The notes below the pieces were generated by a model that saw nothing but the letters and a program-made list of their open reading frames with translations, was not told where the DNA came from and made no database searches. A stretch of 64,000 nt of DNA from Chloroflexota bacterium (GTDB taxonomy: Bacteria > Chloroflexota > Anaerolineae > Anaerolineales > Villigracilaceae), in NCBI GenBank assembly GCA_016195815.1, contig JACPYX010000004.1, positions 69,168 through 133,167 of the forward strand, given 5' to 3'. This document shows positions 10,792 through 20,992 of the stretch, in pieces. A program made the translations under genes and the position numbers. Position 1 is the stretch's first letter, and each line of letters starts with the position of its first letter.

Positions 10792-11850
10792 ATGAAAAAG
10801 TTCGTTTGGTTTATGACCCTTGTTCTCGCCTTTGCGCTTGTTTTAAGCGCATGCGGCGCCCCGGCTACCGAAGCCCCTGTTGTCACCCAGGCCCCGGCAA
10901 CTGAAGCTCCAACAGCGGCTCCTACCGTGCCGCCAGCCCCGGCGAAACCATTTCGCGTGGCAGTTGTGATGCCGAGCGCCATCAATGACCTGGCTTTCAG
11001 CCAGAGTATGTACGATGCGCTCGTTCGCATTCAGACCGAGATGGGCGGACCCGGTAAATTCGAGTTCGTCTACTCGGAGAACATGTTCGTGGTGGACGAT
11101 GCTGCCGCGGCTATTCGCGACTATGCCACACAAGGCTATGACCTGGTGATTGCTCATGGCTCGCAATACGGCTCATCCCTGCAGGAGATCGCTCCCGACT
11201 TCCCCAAGACCAGCTTTGCCTGGGGAACCACGGTGGATACCTTTGGCCAGCCGAACATCTTTGCCTATGAGGCCGCATCTCAGGAAGGCGGTTATGTCAA
11301 CGGCGTGCTGGCGGCAACCCTCTCCACCAGCAAGGTGATTGGTGTTGTCGGCCCGATTGAAACCGGCGACGCGAAACTATATGTGGACGGGTTCAAAGCC
11401 GGTGTCAAGGCGACCAATCCTGACATTGATGTTCGTGTGAGCTACATCGGTTCGTTCTCTGACGTTGCGCTGGCTTCTGAAGCCGCGACGACGCAAATCG
11501 CCGCCGGCGCAGATGCGTTGACCGGCACCGCCCAGATGGTTGTCGGCGCGATCGGTAAAGCCGAAGAAGCCAACGTGTTGTGGTTTGGCACGCAATCCAA
11601 CCAATCGTCTCTTGCGCCTTCCATCGTGGTTGCCAGCCAGGTCTATCATTGGGAAGTGGTACTCAAAGAGATGATCTCCAAGATACAGGCCGGCACACTG
11701 GGTGGCGAATCCTTCAGAGCCAATCTTGCGAACGGCGGTGAGGTGATCGAATTCAACCCGGATTATGCCCTTTCTGCTGAAGCCAAGTCGTTGGCGGAAA
11801 CTACCATAAAAGGGATTATTGACGGAACCATCAAGATCACTCTGCCGTAG
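10792..11850 (+). CDS. BMP-family ABC transporter substrate-binding lipoprotein (paralogue of 3476..4747)
   Basis: AAGGAG SD, signal peptide with lipobox LSAC-G, and an Ala/Pro/Thr linker. Confidence 0.85.
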   Translation: MKKFVWFMTLVLAFALVLSACGAPATEAPVVTQAPATEAPTAAPTVPPAPAKPFRVAVVMPSAINDLAFSQSMYDALVRIQTEMGGPGKFEFVYSENMFVVDDAAAAIRDYATQGYDLVIAHGSQYGSSLQEIAPDFPKTSFAWGTTVDTFGQPNIFAYEAASQEGGYVNGVLAATLSTSKVIGVVGPIETGDAKLYVDGFKAGVKATNPDIDVRVSYIGSFSDVALASEAATTQIAAGADALTGTAQMVVGAIGKAEEANVLWFGTQSNQSSLAPSIVVASQVYHWEVVLKEMISKIQAGTLGGESFRANLANGGEVIEFNPDYALSAEAKSLAETTIKGIIDGTIKITLP

Positions 11851-11870
11851 TTGATAGCAGGTTCGATCTA

Positions 11871-11907
11871 AAAGACTTCGGAAGTCTTTCCCAAGACTTC
11901 CGAAGTC
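11871..11907. repeat. Double palindrome between SBP and ATPase genes
   Basis: AAAGACTTCGGAAGTCTTT (11871-11889) and GACTTCCGAAGTC (11895-11907). The two units are reverse complements of each other. Confidence 0.4.
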
Positions 11908-11929
11908 CAACAAATTTCAGGATGGCGCG

Positions 11930-13495
11930 ATGACCGAATCAAACAGACTCGCTTCCGGCCGGGCTCGCATTGACAGCCTCGAGATGCGCGGCATCACCAA
12001 GCGTTTTCCCGGCGTGCTTGCCAATGATCATATTGATTTCGATGTTCATTTCGGTGAAGTCCATGCCCTGCTGGGGGAAAATGGCGCGGGCAAAAGCACG
12101 TTGATGAGAATCCTGTATGGTTTGTACCATCCCGATCAGGGAGAAATTCTATTGAACGGCAGGCCGGTCATCATTTCATCGCCGACCGATGCGATCAACC
12201 TGGGCATCGGTATGATCCACCAGCACTTTATGTTGGTGCAATCCATGACCGTGGCCGAAAATGTAGCCCTCGGATTGCCATCCTCGCGCGGCCTGCTTAC
12301 AGATCTCGACCGCGTCTCAAAACGAATTGTGGAACTGGCCGAAATCTACAGCCTGAAAATTGACCCCTCCGCTTACATCTGGCAACTGTCGGTCGGCCAG
12401 CAGCAACGTGTAGAAATTATCAAGGCACTTTATCGCGGCGCGGCTCTCCTTATTCTTGATGAGCCGACCGCTGTTCTTACCCCTCAGGAAGTGGACGAAT
12501 TATTCATCATCATGCGCCAGATGGTGAAAGACGGTCACGCGCTCATCTTTATCTCTCACAAATTGCACGAAGTGGTTGCGATCAGTAATCGCGTCACCGT
12601 CCTGCGTGATGGACGCAAGATCGGCACGCGCCCAACTTCTGAAACCACCAAACAGGACCTCGCCAATTGGATGGTTGGCCGTGAAATCAGCTTTGCGCCA
12701 GATCGCGGAAATGTCGAACGAGGCGAGATCCGCCTGAAGCTGGACCAGGTATGTTGCGGCAGTGACCGCGGCACGCCCGGTCTGTGCGATGTCGGTCTTG
12801 AAGTTCGTTCCGGCGAAATCCTTGGCGTCGCCGGTGTCTCCGGCAACGGTCAATGTGAATTGGCGGAAACAGTAACAGGGCTGCGTAAAATCACGGCAGG
12901 AAGAGTCGTGCTGGAAGGCGAAGATGTGACCGGGCTGGCCCCTGGGGAATTGACCGACCGAATGCTTTCCTACATTCCCGAGGAACGTATGCGCGATGGC
13001 ATGATCCGGGAATTTACCGTCGCCGAAAACATGATCCTGCGCGAGCATCACAAGCGGCCATATTCACGCTTTGGTTTTCTGGCCTTGAGCGATATCTCCA
13101 CCCATGCAGAAAAATTGATCGCACAGTTCCATGTCAAAACCCCCTCCCGCGAAACTCTTGCAAAAAACCTTTCCGGCGGAAACATCCAGAAGGTTGTGTT
13201 GGCGCGCGAACTTTCCAGGAGTCCGCGCGTCATTATCGCCGCCCAGCCAACACGCGGTCTCGATATCGGCGCGACGGAATACGTCCGCGAACAATTGCTT
13301 GAACAGCGCCGCGCAGGCGCAGCCATCCTGCTCATCTCCGAAGACCTCGACGAAATTCTCGCGCTCTCCGACCGCATCGCGGTCATCTACGAAGGCCGGG
13401 TCATGGACATCGTCTCGCGCGAGGCGGCCACTCCTCAAAAGCTTGGCCTGCTGATGGCAGGCGTCCACCCGGAGGAAAGCGCGCCAGCAACATAA
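11930..13495 (+). CDS. ABC transporter ATP-binding protein, duplicated ATPase cassette
   Basis: 521 aa. Walker A GENGAGKST, signature LSVGQQQRVEI, second cassette LSGGNIQK. Confidence 0.9.
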   Translation: MTESNRLASGRARIDSLEMRGITKRFPGVLANDHIDFDVHFGEVHALLGENGAGKSTLMRILYGLYHPDQGEILLNGRPVIISSPTDAINLGIGMIHQHFMLVQSMTVAENVALGLPSSRGLLTDLDRVSKRIVELAEIYSLKIDPSAYIWQLSVGQQQRVEIIKALYRGAALLILDEPTAVLTPQEVDELFIIMRQMVKDGHALIFISHKLHEVVAISNRVTVLRDGRKIGTRPTSETTKQDLANWMVGREISFAPDRGNVERGEIRLKLDQVCCGSDRGTPGLCDVGLEVRSGEILGVAGVSGNGQCELAETVTGLRKITAGRVVLEGEDVTGLAPGELTDRMLSYIPEERMRDGMIREFTVAENMILREHHKRPYSRFGFLALSDISTHAEKLIAQFHVKTPSRETLAKNLSGGNIQKVVLARELSRSPRVIIAAQPTRGLDIGATEYVREQLLEQRRAGAAILLISEDLDEILALSDRIAVIYEGRVMDIVSREAATPQKLGLLMAGVHPEESAPAT

Positions 13496-13605
13496 AAAGC
13501 AGTACAATTCAATTCCATCGGTTCGGTGGTCGCTGAGTGCGAATCACACAGCGGCGTTGGGAACCATCCCATCGAAAAGTGCCGCCGTCAGAAAGGACGC
13601 CACCA

Positions 13606-14478
13606 ATGAACCTTTGGCAAAATTATCTCAGGCCGAAAACATTATCCGAAGCAATGGACGCGTTCGCACATGCGCCGCGTCCGCTTGCGCCGATTGCAGG
13701 CGGGACAGACCTATTATTGGATTTGGAACAAGGCCGTCATTCCTCCGTCCAAACCTTGATTGACGTAACTGAAATTAAAGAATTGCTCGCCCTGGAAATA
13801 CGCGCAGACTCTCTCTTCATCGGCGCCTCCGTCCCGGTCAACCGCATCGTTCTGAACCCTCGAACTGGCGCGCACGCCCAAGCCTTGACCGAAGCCTGTG
13901 AGTTGATCGCAGGCCCGCAAGTCCGCAATGTCGCCACGCTCGGCGGTAATGTCGCACACGCCCTGCCCGCCGCAGATGGGACAATTGCCCTGGCTGCCCT
14001 TAATGCCGAAGCCGAGATTGCCGGCTTCTCTGGCAATCGCAGAATCCCATTTCAGGAATTATTCGTTGGCCCAGGAAAATCTTCCCTGAAACATGGCGAG
14101 GAACTTCTCGTCGGTTTCTACCTTCCACTTTCCACTCGTCACCAAGCCTCCTGCTTCAAACGCATCATGCGTCCGCAAGGCGTGGCCTTGCCCATTTTGA
14201 ATTGCGCGGCCTGGCTTGAACGTGAGGACAATGCCATCAAAGATATTCGCATCGCCGTTGGTCCCGGCGGCGGGACGCCCTTTCGCGCCACGCAGGCCGA
14301 AGATTCCTTGCGCGGACAACATCTGAACGAAACAACATCTGAGTCCGCACTTGAGTCCCTGCTTGCCCAAGCCCAATTCCGCACCAGCGCCCGCCGCGCC
14401 AGTGCAGATTATCGCAGGCATATTGTTAGCGGGTTGTTCAGGGATACGCTTGAAACTGCGTGGTCAAGGGCAAAATAA
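13606..14478 (+). CDS. Xanthine dehydrogenase family, FAD-binding (CoxM/XdhB-like) subunit
   Basis: GGTDLL motif and CO-dehydrogenase flavoprotein-like architecture. The likely start is the ATG at 13606 inside the longer ORF 13537..14478. Confidence 0.8.
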   Translation: MNLWQNYLRPKTLSEAMDAFAHAPRPLAPIAGGTDLLLDLEQGRHSSVQTLIDVTEIKELLALEIRADSLFIGASVPVNRIVLNPRTGAHAQALTEACELIAGPQVRNVATLGGNVAHALPAADGTIALAALNAEAEIAGFSGNRRIPFQELFVGPGKSSLKHGEELLVGFYLPLSTRHQASCFKRIMRPQGVALPILNCAAWLEREDNAIKDIRIAVGPGGGTPFRATQAEDSLRGQHLNETTSESALESLLAQAQFRTSARRASADYRRHIVSGLFRDTLETAWSRAK

Positions 14479-14631
14479 TATTGCCCATAAACTCTGCCGG
14501 TTGAGTAGGCGGCGTTCTTCGACCGTATCGAAACCAGCAATCAAAAGTAAACTTGAAATTGGTGGTCTCGATATGCTTCTCGAAGTGTGCTCGGAGCTAC
14601 TCGACCACCGAACTACATTAGGAAGTAAATA

Positions 14632-17436
14632 ATGAACAATCAAATCTCTCTTACTGTAAACGGCATCAAACATAATCTCGAACCCGTTGCAGGCGAAACC
14701 CTCTCCGCCCTCCTGCGCCAGAGACTTCGCCTTACCGGCACAAAGATCGGCTGCGAGGAAGCCGAGTGCGGCGCGTGTACTGTCCTCGTGGATGGCGAGC
14801 CGGTGGTCTCATGCATCTATCCCGCTGAGCGCGCGGATGGGAAGGTCATCGTCACCATTGAAGGACTCGCGCAGCGTGTGCACGAAGAAATGAAACTGCA
14901 CCCGTTGCAGGAAGCTTTTGTGCAACACGGCGCAGTGCAATGCGGATTCTGCATCCCTGGGCAAATTATGACCGCCTACGCGTTGCTCAAACGCAACCCA
15001 AATCCGAATTCGGATGAAATCCGTTTTGCATTGAAGGATACACTTTGTCGTTGCGCGGGTTATCCCGCGATTGAGAATGCGATTCTTGCCGCGGCGGAAT
15101 CGTTGAGAACAGGCGAACCTGTCAGGAAACCAAATATCCCTGATTCGATTCACGTCCATCAATCGGTTGGACATACTCACTTACGACCCGATGGAATCGA
15201 GAAAGTCACGGGCGCGGCAATCTACACCGATGACCTTGTGTTCGATGGCATGTTGTATGCCAAAGCGCGCCGCGCGATGATCCCGCATGGCTTCTTGAAG
15301 AAACTCGATATTTCAAAAGCAAAAGCCTTACCTGGCGTTGTTGCCATATTAACTGCTGAAGATATTCCTGCCGAACATAATCATGGATTGGTCATCTATG
15401 ACTGGCCCGTGATGGTCGGTGTCGGCGAACGCGTCCGCTATGTGGGGGATGCGATCGCGCTTGTAGCGGCAGAAACGCAACAGATCGCCGAGCAGGCTTC
15501 GGCTTTGATCGAAGCGGAGTTCGACCTCCAGCCTGTGATCACGAATCCAGTAATGGCACACCAAGAGGGAGTCCCGCAAATCCACGAAAAGGGAAATTTG
15601 CTCAAGCACATCAAAGTCCGCAAGGGCGATATGGAGAAAGGGTTTGCTGAGTCCGACATTATCCTTGAACACACATTTCACACGCAGACCACCGACCACG
15701 CGTTCCTTGAACCTGAATGTAGCATCGGTGTGCCGTTGGCGGATGGGCGAATGGAAATTTATTGCGGCTCGCAAATCCCGTATCAGGATCGAACGCAAGT
15801 GGCGCGCGTGATGGGCTGGGACGAGTCGCGCGTGCGAATCGTTGGACAGTTGATGGGCGGCGGATTCGGCGGCAAGGAAGATGTGATGGGACAAATCCAT
15901 GTGGCGATGCTGGCGAATGTGACGCAGCGCCCTGTGAAGTTGTTGTTTGATCGTCACGAAAGTTTGCTTGTGCATCCGAAGCGGCATGCTACACAGATCC
16001 GCGTGAAGATTGGCGCGAAGCAAGATGGCCGGCTCGTGGCGTGTGAGACCGAACTGTATGGCGATACGGGCGCGTATGCGTCACTCGGTGAAAAGGTGAT
16101 GACCCGCGCCACCACACACTCGGCGGGTCCGTACGACATCCCGCATGTGCGCGCCGATTGTTATGCCATGTACACTAACAATCCGCCTGCGGGCGCGTTC
16201 CGCGGCTTCGGCGTCACACAATCGGCATTTGCCGTCGAGTCCGCGATGGACATGCTCGCCGAGAAATTAAATATCGAACCCGTTGAACTTCGCCGCATGA
16301 ACGCACTTCACGTTGGAAGCATCACCAACACCGGACAGGAATTACGTGAGTCAGTTGGACTCATGGAATGTATTGATAGGGTTTCAAGTGTCATGTGTCA
16401 GGCGTCAGGTTTGCCAGAGAAGGAACTGTTCAAGCCGCGCGTGACACCTGACACGCCGCACCTGGTACGCTCGTGGGGCTTTGCCGCGGCGTACAAGAAC
16501 ACGGGACTCGGCGGCGGCGCGCCTGATAAATCCGGCGCGGAAGTTGAGTTGTTCGATGATGGCAAGTTTGAAGTGAGAAGCTCCTCCGCCGAAATGGGGC
16601 AGGGACTCGTCACGGTCATGCGTACGATCGTTGCCGAAGAAATGTCTGTCGCGCCTGAACAAGTGAAAGTTTTGGTGATGGACACGGACTTAACCCCGAA
16701 TGGCGGACCCACCACTGCCTCACGTCAAACTTATGTGACGGGCAACGCTTCGCGTTACGCGGCCAGGACTTTGCGTGAGGCGATGATCGCCTCCCTCGCC
16801 GAAAAATATGATGTGCGTCCCGAACAGATTCGCTTCGAGAACGGCATCGTCCATGCCAACGGACATTCGATGACCTATGCCGAAGTCGCCAAAGAAATGA
16901 AGGCCATGGGACAACAACCGCGCGCCCTCTACGAATACGAAGCGCCGAAGACCCAGCCGCTCGGCACAGGCGGCGACATGCACTTCGCCTTCTCCTTTGG
17001 TGTCCAAGCCGCGGAAGTGGAAGTCAACAAACTGACGGGTGAAGTCCGCGTTCTGAAAGTCATCTCTGCCAACGATGTGGGCATGGCTGTTAATCCGCTC
17101 GGCTTGCAGGGGCAAGTCGAAGGCGGCGTGATGATGGGACTCGGCAACGCACTCACCGAAGAGTTCATCATGGATAACGGCTATGTGGTCACTGACCATT
17201 TGGCGCGTTATCGCGTGCCCGGTATTATGCTCACGCCGGAGATCACCTCCATCATTGTTGAGCATCCCACTGCAGAAGGTCCCTACGGCGCAAAAGGAGT
17301 CGGGGAGATATGCAGTATCCCTACCACTCCCGCCATCACGAACGCGATCTATAACGCGGTGGGTGTCCGCGTGGATAAGTTGCCTGTGGATCAGGAGATG
17401 ATTGCAAGAGAGTTGTGGGAACGAAACGGTAAGTAA
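14632..17436 (+). CDS. Xanthine dehydrogenase family protein, fused [2Fe-2S] + molybdopterin-binding subunit (XdhD-like architecture)
   Basis: 934 aa. The N-terminus carries the CxxxxC..C and CGACTV / CGFC ferredoxin motifs. The body has the GGGFGGK aldehyde oxidase / XDH molybdopterin domain. Confidence 0.85.
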   Translation: MNNQISLTVNGIKHNLEPVAGETLSALLRQRLRLTGTKIGCEEAECGACTVLVDGEPVVSCIYPAERADGKVIVTIEGLAQRVHEEMKLHPLQEAFVQHGAVQCGFCIPGQIMTAYALLKRNPNPNSDEIRFALKDTLCRCAGYPAIENAILAAAESLRTGEPVRKPNIPDSIHVHQSVGHTHLRPDGIEKVTGAAIYTDDLVFDGMLYAKARRAMIPHGFLKKLDISKAKALPGVVAILTAEDIPAEHNHGLVIYDWPVMVGVGERVRYVGDAIALVAAETQQIAEQASALIEAEFDLQPVITNPVMAHQEGVPQIHEKGNLLKHIKVRKGDMEKGFAESDIILEHTFHTQTTDHAFLEPECSIGVPLADGRMEIYCGSQIPYQDRTQVARVMGWDESRVRIVGQLMGGGFGGKEDVMGQIHVAMLANVTQRPVKLLFDRHESLLVHPKRHATQIRVKIGAKQDGRLVACETELYGDTGAYASLGEKVMTRATTHSAGPYDIPHVRADCYAMYTNNPPAGAFRGFGVTQSAFAVESAMDMLAEKLNIEPVELRRMNALHVGSITNTGQELRESVGLMECIDRVSSVMCQASGLPEKELFKPRVTPDTPHLVRSWGFAAAYKNTGLGGGAPDKSGAEVELFDDGKFEVRSSSAEMGQGLVTVMRTIVAEEMSVAPEQVKVLVMDTDLTPNGGPTTASRQTYVTGNASRYAARTLREAMIASLAEKYDVRPEQIRFENGIVHANGHSMTYAEVAKEMKAMGQQPRALYEYEAPKTQPLGTGGDMHFAFSFGVQAAEVEVNKLTGEVRVLKVISANDVGMAVNPLGLQGQVEGGVMMGLGNALTEEFIMDNGYVVTDHLARYRVPGIMLTPEITSIIVEHPTAEGPYGAKGVGEICSIPTTPAITNAIYNAVGVRVDKLPVDQEMIARELWERNGK

Positions 17437-17442
17437 ATCGAG

Positions 17443-17480
17443 AAGGACTCTCAAGGTTTCAAGCCTGCGAGTCCTTTTCA
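17443..17480 (+). terminator. Hairpin after XDH large subunit
   Basis: AAGGACTC (17443-17450) pairs with GAGTCCTT (17469-17476), followed by TTTTCA. Confidence 0.4.
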
Positions 17481-17526
17481 GGTCTGCTCCTATATCGGGT
17501 AAAATCAAGCCAAGAAAAGGGTAACT

Positions 17527-18831
17527 ATGACTAAATTCACTGGCTATCGCTGTTCACTCTGTGGGACCGAATACCTGCCTGATCAGGTCGCGTATACCTG
17601 CCCCAAAGACGGCGGCAATCTCGACATCATTCTCGACTACAAGGCGATCCGAAAGAAATACCAGCCTGAAGATATTCTCTCGCGCGGTGACGCTTCGCTT
17701 TGGCGCTACCTTCCGCTTTTGCCTGTGCCTGAACCCGAAGGCGACTCTACTCCGCTTCATGTCGCGGGAGGCACACCAGTTTTTGCCCTGCGGCAGCTCG
17801 GCGAAAAGCTCGGCCTGAAACATCTCTGGCTCAAGGACGAGTCACGCAATCCATCGGCCTCGTTCAAAGACCGGGCCAGTGCAGTCGTAGTGACGCGCGC
17901 GCGCGAAATCAAGGCAGATGTAATCGTTACAGCCTCGACTGGTAATGCAGGCGCGGCTTTGGCAGGCATGTCTGCGGCAGTGGGACAAAAAGCCGTAATC
18001 TTCGCGCCGAAGACTGCTCCGCCCGCCAAAGTGGCGCAATTGCTGATCTTTGGCGCGCAGGTAATTTTGGTGGATGGCACTTATGACGATGCCTTTGATC
18101 TGACCATCCAGGCCTCAAACGAGTTTGGTTGGTATTGCCGAAACACAGGCTACAATCCTTTTACAGCCGAAGGCAAGAAGACTGCCGCGTTCGAAATATG
18201 GGAATGGTGGCAGGCAACACACCAGGAGTGGCACAAGCAGCATGGTGAAAATCTCGACCATTCAGCCCTGACCGTTTTTGTCTCTGTGGGCGATGGCAAC
18301 ATTATTTCGGGCATTCACAAAGGCTTCAAGGACCTGCTTGAATTGGGCTGGATTCCCCGCCTGCCGCGTATCATTGGCGTGCAGGCCGAGGGTTCGGCGG
18401 CCATTGCAAATGCCTTCCATGCAAATACTGAAAATATCATTCCCATCTCAGCCAAAACGATTGCAGATAGCATTTCCGTGGACCTGCCGCGCGACGGTGT
18501 GCGCGCAGTGCGCGCGGCCCGCGAAACGGGCGGGACTTATGTCACTGTTTCAGACGATGAAATCCTCAAAGCGATTGCGGAACTTGGCAGGCAGGGTATC
18601 TTTGCAGAACCGGCCGGGGCCGCCGCCTATGCCGGTTTAACGCGCGCCGCGGCACAGGGTCTGGTGGGAGGCGATGAACCCATCCTGGTGTTGAATACCG
18701 GCAGTGGGCTCAAAGATGTCCGCGCCGCAATGCAGGCCGTCGCCGCATCGTCGCCGCACGGAGAAGCGCCCGTGATCGAACCCACATTGAAGGCCCTCAA
18801 GCGCATACTGCAAAACCCTGCGCAGCAATGA
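17527..18831 (+). CDS. Threonine synthase-like PLP-dependent enzyme with N-terminal Cys4 zinc-ribbon
   Basis: 434 aa. CSLCG...CPKDGG ribbon, PLP lysine motif SFKDRAS, STGNAG. Fold-type II PLP enzyme. Confidence 0.75.
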   Translation: MTKFTGYRCSLCGTEYLPDQVAYTCPKDGGNLDIILDYKAIRKKYQPEDILSRGDASLWRYLPLLPVPEPEGDSTPLHVAGGTPVFALRQLGEKLGLKHLWLKDESRNPSASFKDRASAVVVTRAREIKADVIVTASTGNAGAALAGMSAAVGQKAVIFAPKTAPPAKVAQLLIFGAQVILVDGTYDDAFDLTIQASNEFGWYCRNTGYNPFTAEGKKTAAFEIWEWWQATHQEWHKQHGENLDHSALTVFVSVGDGNIISGIHKGFKDLLELGWIPRLPRIIGVQAEGSAAIANAFHANTENIIPISAKTIADSISVDLPRDGVRAVRAARETGGTYVTVSDDEILKAIAELGRQGIFAEPAGAAAYAGLTRAAAQGLVGGDEPILVLNTGSGLKDVRAAMQAVAASSPHGEAPVIEPTLKALKRILQNPAQQ

Positions 18832-19994
18832 ATCGAACCTGGGAATCACCCTTTCGTTACATCGTCCTCACAGCTCTGCTGATCTTGTTTGCAGGGCTGT
18901 TGTGGTATATCCGCGAAATCTTTAAGCCGTTGTTGAGCGCGGCGCTGATCGCATATTTCCTCAGCCCTGGGGTGAGTTTTCTTGCGACGCGTTTTCGATT
19001 GCGGCGTAAATCGGCGGCCACCCTGATGTATGCGTCTATCCTGGTTGGGCTGCTCATTTTTTTAGTAACGATCGTGCCGGTTATATTCACACAGGTTAAA
19101 TCCATCACGGAAGATTTTCAATCGGCCCTCAAGGACCTTGAGAATCTCCTAAGCGCCCCGCTCCAATTGGGCAACTTGAGCCTCGATTTGAGATTGCTCG
19201 CTCCCGCCTTGCGGACAATGTTCAATGGGGGAGCGATTGCCCCGCAGTTGCAACAAGCCCTCCAATTCCTGCAGATTACATCGCGCGGCTTTCTCTGGAT
19301 GCTGGTGATCCTTGTGGCTGCTTATTATTTGATGACCGAATGGGACCGCCTGCGAGACTGGCTGATCAAACTTGCGCCGCCTCATGAACAGAGTGATTTG
19401 ACCCGTCTCTACCGCGAAATACGCGCGGTGTGGACGAATTATCTGCGCGGCCAGATACGGCTTGTGATCATTCTGGCCATCATTTATACAGCGGCCTGGC
19501 AATTGATAGGATTACCCGGTGCACTTTTGTTGGGCTTTATGGCAGGCGTGCTTAACCTTTTGCCCGAAATTGGCCCGGCGGGCGTAGCCATTCTTGCTAC
19601 TCTCGTGGCCTTCCTGGAAGGTTCCAGCTACCCTCTTTTTGCAATGCCCAATCTCTGGTTTGCCGCTCTAACGCTCGGCATTTATTTACTACTTAACACC
19701 TTCAAGACCGTCTGGCTTCAACCGCGCATTCTCGGCCATAGCGTGCTCATGCACGAAGGCCTGGTTTTTATTGCCATCGTGACCGCCGTGATTTTGCAGG
19801 GCGTTCTTGGCGTTCTGATCGTCGTTCCGCTTTTAGCGACCATCATTGTCATTGGAAAATATATCCGCCGCAGACTGCTTGGCCTGCCGTCGTTTGAAGA
19901 TGAAGAGCCAGCATCTTCCCCGGACCTCGAACCGGCCGCGGCCTTAAAATCAGAATCCACTCTCAGGCCGACTCCTGCTCGAAAAAAAGAATAA
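18828..19994 (+). CDS. AI-2E (PerM/YhhT) family transporter
   Basis: 388 aa polytopic protein. ATGA overlap with the upstream gene. Family-typical LNLLPEIGP segment. Confidence 0.8.
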   Translation: MNRTWESPFRYIVLTALLILFAGLLWYIREIFKPLLSAALIAYFLSPGVSFLATRFRLRRKSAATLMYASILVGLLIFLVTIVPVIFTQVKSITEDFQSALKDLENLLSAPLQLGNLSLDLRLLAPALRTMFNGGAIAPQLQQALQFLQITSRGFLWMLVILVAAYYLMTEWDRLRDWLIKLAPPHEQSDLTRLYREIRAVWTNYLRGQIRLVIILAIIYTAAWQLIGLPGALLLGFMAGVLNLLPEIGPAGVAILATLVAFLEGSSYPLFAMPNLWFAALTLGIYLLLNTFKTVWLQPRILGHSVLMHEGLVFIAIVTAVILQGVLGVLIVVPLLATIIVIGKYIRRRLLGLPSFEDEEPASSPDLEPAAALKSESTLRPTPARKKE

Positions 19995-19997
19995 GAA

Positions 19998-20948
19998 ATG
20001 AAAATTACTTACTCGATCATCGCGCCGATTTACAACGAGCTCGATAACCTGTCAGAACTGCACCGTCGCCTTCATGAAGTGATGGACGCGACCCGCCAGC
20101 CCTGGGAACTCATACTCGTGGATGACGGCTCGACCGACGGCTCGACCGAAAAGATCCGCGAACTGGCCAGGGTTGATAAACGCGTCCGCCCGGTGATCTT
20201 TGCGCGCAACTTCGGGCATCAGATTGCCATCACCGCCGGCTGGGACTATGCGCGCGGCGCGGCGGTCGTCATCATTGACGCGGATTTGCAGGACCCGCCT
20301 GAAGTGATCCTGGATTTGGCGAAGAAGTGGAAAGAAGGCTACGAAGTGGTCTACGCGGTGCGCGCCGAGCGCGAAGGCGAGAGCTGGTTCAAGAAATTTA
20401 CCGCCTCCATGTTCTATCGCATCATCTATCGCATCACCGACGTAAAAATTCCAGTGGACACCGGCGATTTCCGCTTGATGGATCGCAAAGTGGTGGACGT
20501 GCTCAAGCAGATGCCGGAGCGCCACCGCTTCCCGCGCGGCATGTCGGCCTGGGTGGGCTTCAAGCAAATCGGCGTGGAGTACAAACGCGCCGCCCGTCAC
20601 TCCGGTGTGACGAAGTATCCGTTCCGCAAGATGCTGAAACTGGCGCTGAACGCCATCACCAGCTTCTCGTATTTCCCATTGCAGGTTGCAACCTTCTTTG
20701 GCTTTTTCTCGGCTGGGATTTCAATCCTTGCCATTCCGATAGTTATCTATATGCGTATTATGGGGTCGGGAGCTTTCTTCGGCCAGGCCACCACATTGAT
20801 CGCAGTGCTGTTCCTCGGCGGCGTGCAGTTGATCTCACTTGGAATTTTGGGGGAATACATCGGGCGGCTCTATGATGAAGCCAAAGGCCGGCCGCTTTAC
20901 ATCGTCAGGGACGCGCCGAATTCGTCGGATCAAAACGAGGGCGGCTAA
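19998..20948 (+). CDS. Family 2 glycosyltransferase, polyprenol-phosphate sugar transferase type (DPM1/ArnC-like) with C-terminal TM helices
   Basis: 316 aa. VDDGSTDGS and DADLQDPPE motifs, plus two C-terminal TM segments. Confidence 0.85.
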   Translation: MKITYSIIAPIYNELDNLSELHRRLHEVMDATRQPWELILVDDGSTDGSTEKIRELARVDKRVRPVIFARNFGHQIAITAGWDYARGAAVVIIDADLQDPPEVILDLAKKWKEGYEVVYAVRAEREGESWFKKFTASMFYRIIYRITDVKIPVDTGDFRLMDRKVVDVLKQMPERHRFPRGMSAWVGFKQIGVEYKRAARHSGVTKYPFRKMLKLALNAITSFSYFPLQVATFFGFFSAGISILAIPIVIYMRIMGSGAFFGQATTLIAVLFLGGVQLISLGILGEYIGRLYDEAKGRPLYIVRDAPNSSDQNEGG

Positions 20949-20992
20949 ACCGCCTTCGTTTGTTTTGTGCGCCGGTTTGTTGAGGAAAAACG

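Noticed and set aside
14479-14631. Structured RNA element in the 153-nt spacer between XDH subunit genes
   Set aside because: Only weak, bulged pairings are present (GGTGGTC…GACCACC, CTTC-TC-GAAG). I recognised no motif. It is kept as a note under the XDH finding.
13606-17436. Selenocysteine or other recoding in the XDH-family genes
   Set aside because: Both ORFs are uninterrupted. No in-frame TGA needs to be read through and no SECIS-like hairpin was sought or seen.
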